Positions 1-4,771 of a stretch of 4,771 nucleotides of DNA are shown here, piece by piece. Position numbers and translations under genes: made by a program. The notes under the pieces were generated by a model, which was given only the letters and a program-made list of their open reading frames with translations, searched no databases and was not told where the DNA came from. Origin of the DNA: a virus (taxonomy: Duplodnaviria; Heunggongvirae; Uroviricota; Caudoviricetes). The stretch lies in IMG/VR virus record IMGVR_UViG_2585427761_000018; one strand, 5' to 3'. The stretch's first letter is position 1. Each line of letters starts with the position of its first letter.

Positions 1-272
1 CCAGCCGATAATGCTGCGACCGGTTTTCCGTCTTTCAGTGCCGGGGCGCAATTTCCTTTTTCGTGCACATGAAAACCATGAATGCCTTCAGACAGAGAGT
101 GAAGGGCTGGTGTGAACAGCAGACCGTAGGGGGTCTCCTGAATGGTTATTTTTCCAATGCTGACTTCTTTTCCGTCAGCACTGACAAGGTTCATTGGGAC
201 TTCCTGTTCTGCTGCGTATCCGCATGATGCTGCTGTCAGCATGGCAATGGCAGCAATGATTTTACATTTCAT
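1..272 (-). CDS. sodC: Periplasmic Cu/Zn superoxide dismutase, N-terminal 90 codons; gene continues beyond the left edge of the window
   Basis: Hand translation of the minus strand from the ATG at 272..270: MKCKIIAAIAMLTAASCGYAAEQEVPMNLVSADGKEVSIGKITIQETPYGLLFTPALHSLSEGIHGFHVHEKGNCAPALKDGKPVAALSAG. Hydrophobic N-terminal signal peptide, then the GFHVHE-KG-C motif and overall pattern of bacterial SodC (E. coli SodC has ...GFHIHAKGSC..., recalled from memory). SD-like GAGGG lies 4 nt upstream of the ATG on the minus strand (complement of about 277..281). Not in the supplied ORF track, presumably because it has no stop inside the window. Confidence 0.88.
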   Translation of the reverse strand, partial: MKCKIIAAIAMLTAASCGYAAEQEVPMNLVSADGKEVSIGKITIQETPYGLLFTPALHSLSEGIHGFHVHEKGNCAPALKDGKPVAALSA

Positions 273-393
273 AAAACCCTCATTAATTCCGTTAACAGAC
301 TGAGCTTGCTGGTTACAGGGTAACAAACAGCGTTCTGATGATATCGCGCAATAGCTGTGCAATATCCTATCACTGCGATTAATAATACCAATT

Positions 394-400
394 GAGAGGA
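394..400 (+). promoter_or_regulatory. Ribosome-binding site of J (GAGAGGA, 5-nt spacer to ATG at 406)
   Basis: Purine-rich Shine-Dalgarno-like motif at 394..400, directly upstream of the J start codon. Confidence 0.6.
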
Positions 401-405
401 ACATT

Positions 406-3400
406 ATGGGTAAAGGTGGCGGCAGGGCGCACACGCCGGTTGAGGCAAAGGACAATCTTAAGTCCACGCAGATGATGAGCGTGATTGATGCCATTGGTGA
501 AGGGCCGATTGAAGGTCCGGTGAAGGGGCTGCAGAGTATCCTGGTGAACAAAACCCCGCTGACGGACACGGACGGCAATCCTGTGATACATGGTGTGACA
601 GCGGTCTGGCGCGCCGGGGAGCAGGAGCAGACACCACTGGAAGGCTTTGAGTCCTCCGGAGCTGAAACCGGACTGGGCGTGGAAGTGACGAAGGCAAAAC
701 CGGTGACGCGCACCATTACATCCGCGAACATTGACCGCCTGCGGGTCACCTTCGGGGTGCAGTCACTGTTGGAGACCACCTCAAAGGGCGACCGTAATCC
801 CTCTTCTGTCCGACTGCTGATTCAGTTGCAGCGTAACGGTAACTGGGTGACGGAAAAGGATGTCACCATTAACGGCAAGACCACCTCACAGTACCTGGCG
901 TCGGTGATTCTGGAGAATCTGCCTGAGCGGCCCTTTAACATCCGGATGGTCCGGGAGACAGCGGACAGCACCCCGGACCAGCTGCAGAATAAGACGCTCT
1001 GGTCGTCATACACCGAAATCATCGATGTGAAACAGTGCTACCCGAACACGGCGATTGTGGGGCTGCAGGTGGATGCGGAGCAGTTTGGCGGTCAGCAGAT
1101 GACGGTGAACTACCATATCCGAGGTCGCATCATCCAGGTGCCGTCAAACTATGACCCGGAAAAACGCACTTACAGCGGCATCTGGGACGGCAGCCTGAAA
1201 CCGGCATACAGCAACAACCCGGCCTGGTGCCTGTGGGACATGCTGACTCACCCGCGCTACGGCATGGGAAAACGTCTGGGGGCGGCAGACGTGGACAAAT
1301 GGGCGCTGTATGCCATCGGGCAGTACTGCGACCAGACGGTCCCGGATGGTTTCGGGGGCACAGAGCCGCGGATGACCTTTAATGCGTACCTGTCACAACA
1401 GCGTAAGGCGTGGGACGTTCTCAGTGATTTCTGCTCGGCGATGCGCTGTATGCCGGTATGGAACGGCCAGACGCTGACGTTCGTTCAGGACCGCCCGTCG
1501 GATGTGGTGTGGCCGTACACCAACTGCGATGTGGTGGTGGATGATAACGGCGTGGGGTTTCGCTACAGCTTCAGCGCCCTGAAGGACCGCCACACGGCGG
1601 TGGAGGTGAATTACACCGACCCGCAGAACGGCTGGCAGACCTCCACGGAACTGGTGGAAGACCCGGAAGCCATACTGCGCTACGGGCGCAACCTGCTGAA
1701 GATGGATGCGTTCGGTTGCACCAGTCGCGGTCAGGCCCACCGTGCCGGGCTGTGGGTGATAAAGACCGGACTGCTGGAAACGCAGACGGTGGATTTCACG
1801 CTCGGGTCTCAGGGGCTGCGTCACACACCCGGTGACATCATTGAAATCTGTGATAACGACTATGCCGGGACCCTGACCGGCGGACGTGTCCTGTCCATTG
1901 ATGCTGCCACCCGCACCCTGACGCTGGACCGTGAAGTGACACTTCCGGAGACCGGTGCCGCCACGGTGAACCTGATTAACGGCAGCGGTAAGCCGGTGAG
2001 TGTGGACATCACCGAACACCCCGCGCCGGACCGGATACAGGTCAGTACCCTGCCTGATGGTGTGGAGACATACGGGGTGTGGGGACTCTCCCTGCCGTCA
2101 CTGCGCCGTCGCCTGTTCCGCTGTGTCTCCGTCCGGGAAAACACGGACGGCACCTTTGCCATCACGGCGGTGCAGCACGTACCGGAAAAAGAAGCCATCG
2201 TGGATAACGGTGCCCGCTTTGAGCCGCAGTCAGGTTCCCTGAACAGCGTCATCCCACCGGCAGTGCAGCACCTGACGGTGGAGGTGAGCGCAGCTGACGG
2301 CCAGTATCTGGCGCAGGCGAAATGGGACACGCCGCGGGTGGTGAAGGGTGTGCGCTTCAGTCTGCGCCTGACCAGTGGTAAGGGAACGGATGCCAGACTG
2401 GTGACCACCGCCATCACCGCAGACACGGAGCACCGTTTCAGCGGCCTGCCGCTCGGGGAATACACCCTGACGGTGCGGGCGATAAACAGCTATGGCCAGC
2501 AGGGTGAACCTGCCACCACCACCTTCCGGATTGCCGCACCGGCAGCACCGTCGCGGATTGAGCTGACGCCGGGCTATTTTCAGATAACCGCCACGCCGCA
2601 TCTTGCCGTTTATGACCCGACGGTACAGTTTGAGTTCTGGTTCTCGGAAAAGCGGATTGCGGATATCAGGCAGGTTGAAACCGCAGCCCGCTATCTTGGC
2701 TCGGCGCTGTACTGGATAGCTGCCAGTATCAATATCAAACCGGGCCATGATTATTATTTTTATATCCGCAGTGTGAATACTGTTGGCAAATCGGCATTTG
2801 TGGAGGCTGTTGGCCAGCCGAGTGATGATGCATCCGGCTATCTGGATTTTTTCAAAGGAGAGATAGGGAAAACCCATCTGGCTCAGGAGTTGTGGACGCA
2901 GATTGATAACGGTCAGCTTGCGCCTGATCTGGCTGAAATCAGGACGTCCATTACGAATGTCAGCAATGAAATCACGCAGACCGTCAATAAAAAACTGGAA
3001 AATCAGAGCGCGGCAATCCAGCAGATACAGAAAGTTCAGGTTGATACAAATAATAACCTGAACAGCATGTGGGCCGTGAAACTGCAGCAGATGAAGGACG
3101 GACGCCTTTATATTGCGGGTATCGGAGCCGGTATTGAGAATACGCCAGCAGGTATGCAGAGTCAGGTGCTTCTGGCTGCTGACCGGATTGCGATGATTAA
3201 TCCTGCGAATGGCAACACAAAGCCGATGTTTGTTGGTCAGGGCGATCAGATATTCATGAACGAAGTGTTCCTGAAATACCTGACGGCTCCCACCATTACC
3301 AGTGGCGGTAATCCTCCGGCATTTTCCCTGACACCGGACGGGCGGCTGACGGCGAAAAATGCCGATATCAGCGGTAACGTGAATGCGAACTCCGGGACGC

Positions 3401-3879
3401 TCAACAACGTCACGATTAACGAAAACTGTCGGGTTCTGGGAAAACTGTCCGCCAACCAGATTGAAGGCGATCTCGTTAAAACAGTGGGCAAAGCTTTCCC
3501 CCGGGACTCCCGTGCACCGGAGCGGTGGCCATCAGGGACCATTACCGTCAGGGTTTATGACGATCAGCCGTTTGACCGGCAAATTGTTATTCCGGCGGTG
3601 GCATTCAGTGGCGCTAAGCATGAGAGAGAGCATACTGATATTTACTCCTCATGCCGTCTGATAGTGCGGAAAAACGGTGCTGAAATTTATAACCGTACCG
3701 CGCTGGATAATACGCTGATTTACAGTGGTGTTATTGATATGCCTGCCGGTCACGGTCACATGACGCTGGAGTTTTCGGTGTCAGCATGGCTGGTAAATAA
3801 CTGGTATCCCACAGCAAGTATCAGCGATTTGCTGGTTGTGGTGATGAAGAAAGCCACCGCAGGCATCAGTATCAGCTGA
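406..3879 (+). CDS. J: Lambdoid phage host-specificity protein J (tail tip / central tail fibre), 1157 aa
   Basis: Single uninterrupted ORF. N-terminus [38 protein letters not shown]... and long internal stretches (e.g. [141 protein letters not shown]) closely match lambda J as I recall it. Size is close to lambda J (1132 aa). Followed by lom and stf as in lambda. Confidence 0.96.
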   Translation: MGKGGGRAHTPVEAKDNLKSTQMMSVIDAIGEGPIEGPVKGLQSILVNKTPLTDTDGNPVIHGVTAVWRAGEQEQTPLEGFESSGAETGLGVEVTKAKPVTRTITSANIDRLRVTFGVQSLLETTSKGDRNPSSVRLLIQLQRNGNWVTEKDVTINGKTTSQYLASVILENLPERPFNIRMVRETADSTPDQLQNKTLWSSYTEIIDVKQCYPNTAIVGLQVDAEQFGGQQMTVNYHIRGRIIQVPSNYDPEKRTYSGIWDGSLKPAYSNNPAWCLWDMLTHPRYGMGKRLGAADVDKWALYAIGQYCDQTVPDGFGGTEPRMTFNAYLSQQRKAWDVLSDFCSAMRCMPVWNGQTLTFVQDRPSDVVWPYTNCDVVVDDNGVGFRYSFSALKDRHTAVEVNYTDPQNGWQTSTELVEDPEAILRYGRNLLKMDAFGCTSRGQAHRAGLWVIKTGLLETQTVDFTLGSQGLRHTPGDIIEICDNDYAGTLTGGRVLSIDAATRTLTLDREVTLPETGAATVNLINGSGKPVSVDITEHPAPDRIQVSTLPDGVETYGVWGLSLPSLRRRLFRCVSVRENTDGTFAITAVQHVPEKEAIVDNGARFEPQSGSLNSVIPPAVQHLTVEVSAADGQYLAQAKWDTPRVVKGVRFSLRLTSGKGTDARLVTTAITADTEHRFSGLPLGEYTLTVRAINSYGQQGEPATTTFRIAAPAAPSRIELTPGYFQITATPHLAVYDPTVQFEFWFSEKRIADIRQVETAARYLGSALYWIAASINIKPGHDYYFYIRSVNTVGKSAFVEAVGQPSDDASGYLDFFKGEIGKTHLAQELWTQIDNGQLAPDLAEIRTSITNVSNEITQTVNKKLENQSAAIQQIQKVQVDTNNNLNSMWAVKLQQMKDGRLYIAGIGAGIENTPAGMQSQVLLAADRIAMINPANGNTKPMFVGQGDQIFMNEVFLKYLTAPTITSGGNPPAFSLTPDGRLTAKNADISGNVNANSGTLNNVTINENCRVLGKLSANQIEGDLVKTVGKAFPRDSRAPERWPSGTITVRVYDDQPFDRQIVIPAVAFSGAKHEREHTDIYSSCRLIVRKNGAEIYNRTALDNTLIYSGVIDMPAGHGHMTLEFSVSAWLVNNWYPTASISDLLVVVMKKATAGISIS

Positions 3880-3897
3880 ATTTTATAACCCATATAC

Positions 3898-3922
3898 GGG
3901 CGCCAGAAATGGCGCCTTTTTT
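3898..3922 (+). terminator. Putative rho-independent terminator between J and lom
   Basis: GGCGCC (3899..3904) pairs with GGCGCC (3911..3916) around a 6-nt loop AGAAAT, followed immediately by TTTTTT (3917..3922). It starts 19 nt after the J stop codon. Confidence 0.6.
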
Positions 3923-3935
3923 ATTGCAGAAAAGC

Positions 3936-3941
3936 GAGAGG
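3936..3941 (+). promoter_or_regulatory. Ribosome-binding site of lom (GAGAGG, 5-nt spacer to ATG at 3947)
   Basis: Shine-Dalgarno-like motif at the right distance from the lom start codon. Confidence 0.6.
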
Positions 3942-3946
3942 TAATT

Positions 3947-4546
3947 ATGCGTAGACTTTATGCCGCCATTTTGTCCGCAGCCATTTGTCTGGCCGTATCC
4001 GGTGCGCCTGCATGGGCGTCTGAACATCAGTCCACGCTGAGCGCGGGGTATCTTCATGTCTCGACGAACGTTCCTGGCAGCGATGATCTTAACGGGATTA
4101 ACGTGAAATACCGTTATGAGTTTACGGACACACTGGGGATGGTGACGTCGTTCAGCTATGCAGGAGACAAGAATCGCCAGCTTACCCGTTACAGCGATAC
4201 CCGCTGGCATGAAGATTCCGTTCGTAACCGCTGGTTCAGCGTAATGGCGGGGCCGTCTGTACGCGTGAATGAATGGTTCAGCGCGTATGCGATGGCGGGT
4301 GTGGCTTACAGCCGTGTGTCGACTTTCTCCGGGGATTATCTCCGCGTAACTGACAACAAGGGGAAAACGCACGACGTGCTGACCGGAAGTGATGACGGTC
4401 GCCACAGCAATACCTCTCTGGCGTTGGGGGCTGGCGTGCAGTTTAACCCGACCGAATCCGTGGCCATTGATATTGCTTATGAAGGCTCCGGCAGTGGTGA
4501 CTGGCGCACTGACGGTTTCATCGTGGGTGTCGGTTATAAGTTCTGA
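3947..4546 (+). CDS. lom: Lom-like outer-membrane beta-barrel protein (Ail/Lom/OmpX/PagC/Rck family), 199 aa; lysogenic-conversion cargo gene
   Basis: N-terminal signal peptide [24 protein letters not shown] with AWA|S cleavage motif. Internal [12 protein letters not shown] and SVMAGP...[12 protein letters not shown] motifs. C-terminus [26 protein letters not shown] ends in an aromatic residue as expected for an OMP barrel, and matches lambda Lom from memory. Sits between J and stf as in lambda. Confidence 0.92.
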   Translation: MRRLYAAILSAAICLAVSGAPAWASEHQSTLSAGYLHVSTNVPGSDDLNGINVKYRYEFTDTLGMVTSFSYAGDKNRQLTRYSDTRWHEDSVRNRWFSVMAGPSVRVNEWFSAYAMAGVAYSRVSTFSGDYLRVTDNKGKTHDVLTGSDDGRHSNTSLALGAGVQFNPTESVAIDIAYEGSGSGDWRTDGFIVGVGYKF

Positions 4547-4572
4547 TTAGCCAGGTAACACAGTGTTATGAC

Positions 4573-4599
4573 AGCCCGCCGGTTCAGGCGGGCTTTTTT
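4573..4599 (+). terminator. Putative rho-independent terminator downstream of lom
   Basis: Perfect 7-bp GC-rich stem GCCCGCC (4574..4580) / GGCGGGC (4587..4593), extendable by an A4573-T4594 pair, with loop GGTTCA, followed by TTTTTT (4594..4599). It lies 27 nt after the lom stop. Confidence 0.75.
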
Positions 4600-4610
4600 G
4601 TGGGGTGAAT

Positions 4611-4771
4611 ATGGCAGTAAAGATTTCAGGTGTACTGAAAGACGGCACAGGAAAACCGGTAAAGAACTGCACCATTCAACTGAAAGCCAGACGGACCAGC
4701 AGCACGGTGGTGGTGAACACGGTGGCCTCTGAAAATCCGGATGAAGCCGGTCGTTACAGCATGGACGTTGA
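4611..4771 (+). CDS. stf: Side tail fibre protein, N-terminal 53 codons; gene continues beyond the right edge of the window
   Basis: ATG at 4611 preceded by G-rich SD-like GGGGTG. Translation MAVKISGVLKDGTGKPVKNCTIQLKARRTSSTVVVNTVASENPDEAGRYSMDV is near-identical to the N-terminus of lambda Stf (orf-401) as recalled, and the gene sits immediately after lom as in lambda. Not in the supplied ORF track because it has no stop inside the window. Confidence 0.85.
   Translation, partial: MAVKISGVLKDGTGKPVKNCTIQLKARRTSSTVVVNTVASENPDEAGRYSMDV

Noticed and set aside
2000-2242. Plus-strand 80-aa ORF in an alternative frame inside J
   Set aside because: Out-of-frame overlap with J. The composition is Arg/Ser/Pro/Cys-rich and looks like frame-shifted coding sequence, with no RBS and no similarity to anything I recognise.
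379-2877. Six minus-strand ORFs of 66..215 aa from the six-frame track (379..591, 458..697, 822..1022, 1393..2019, 1860..2465, 2230..2877)
   Set aside because: All lie antisense inside the J coding region, which is strongly supported. Their translations are Arg/Pro/His-rich low-complexity strings typical of shadow ORFs on the opposite strand of a GC-rich gene, with no recognisable motifs or start context.
2860-3065. Possibility that the AT-rich central segment of J is a separately inserted gene or intein/intron
   Set aside because: The J reading frame is continuous through the segment with no stops, no internal start/RBS signature, and no intein-like Cys/Ser...His-Asn boundary motifs. In-frame mosaic replacement explains it better.
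3246-3661. Minus-strand 98-aa ORF (3246..3542) and plus-strand 92-aa ORF (3383..3661) inside the 3' part of J
   Set aside because: Both overlap the conserved J reading frame (the J translation here includes conserved motifs such as [20 protein letters not shown]). No independent support.
3872-4405. Minus-strand 177-aa ORF antisense to lom
   Set aside because: It overlaps almost all of lom, which has a signal peptide, an OMP C-terminal signature and a lambda Lom match. The antisense translation is Arg/His-rich with no features of a real protein.
1-4771. Search for a novel defence or other undescribed system (CRISPR repeats, toxin-antitoxin pairs, restriction-modification genes, retron or other ncRNA, integrase/att sites, tandem or inverted repeats)
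   Set aside because: Every substantial ORF is accounted for by well-known lambdoid tail-region genes (sodC, J, lom, stf). I found no direct-repeat arrays, no extended inverted repeats beyond the two terminator hairpins, and no unexplained intergenic space larger than about 130 bp. Calling a novel system here would not be supported by the sequence.

Overview
This window is the tail-tip region of a lambda-like (lambdoid) phage or prophage from an enterobacterial host, not a novel system. It contains, in order: the 5' part of a periplasmic Cu/Zn superoxide dismutase gene (sodC) on the minus strand, running off the left edge; a complete 1157-aa host-specificity/central tail fibre gene J (406..3879, +); a Lom/Ail/PagC-family outer-membrane protein gene lom (3947..4546, +) bracketed by two hairpin + T-run terminators; and the first 53 codons of a side tail fibre gene stf (4611..4771, +). 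J-lom-stf order and roughly 65-bp spacing match phage lambda. Comparisons to lambda and E. coli SodC are from memory, not a database search. The points worth follow-up are the antisense sodC cargo gene directly upstream of J, a diverged J C-terminal (receptor-binding) region, an AT-rich replaced/expanded segment in the middle of J, and the terminator-flanked lom cassette. I see no CRISPR array, tRNA, integrase, transposase or recognisable defence system. All other ORFs in the six-frame track are antisense or out-of-frame shadows of J or lom.
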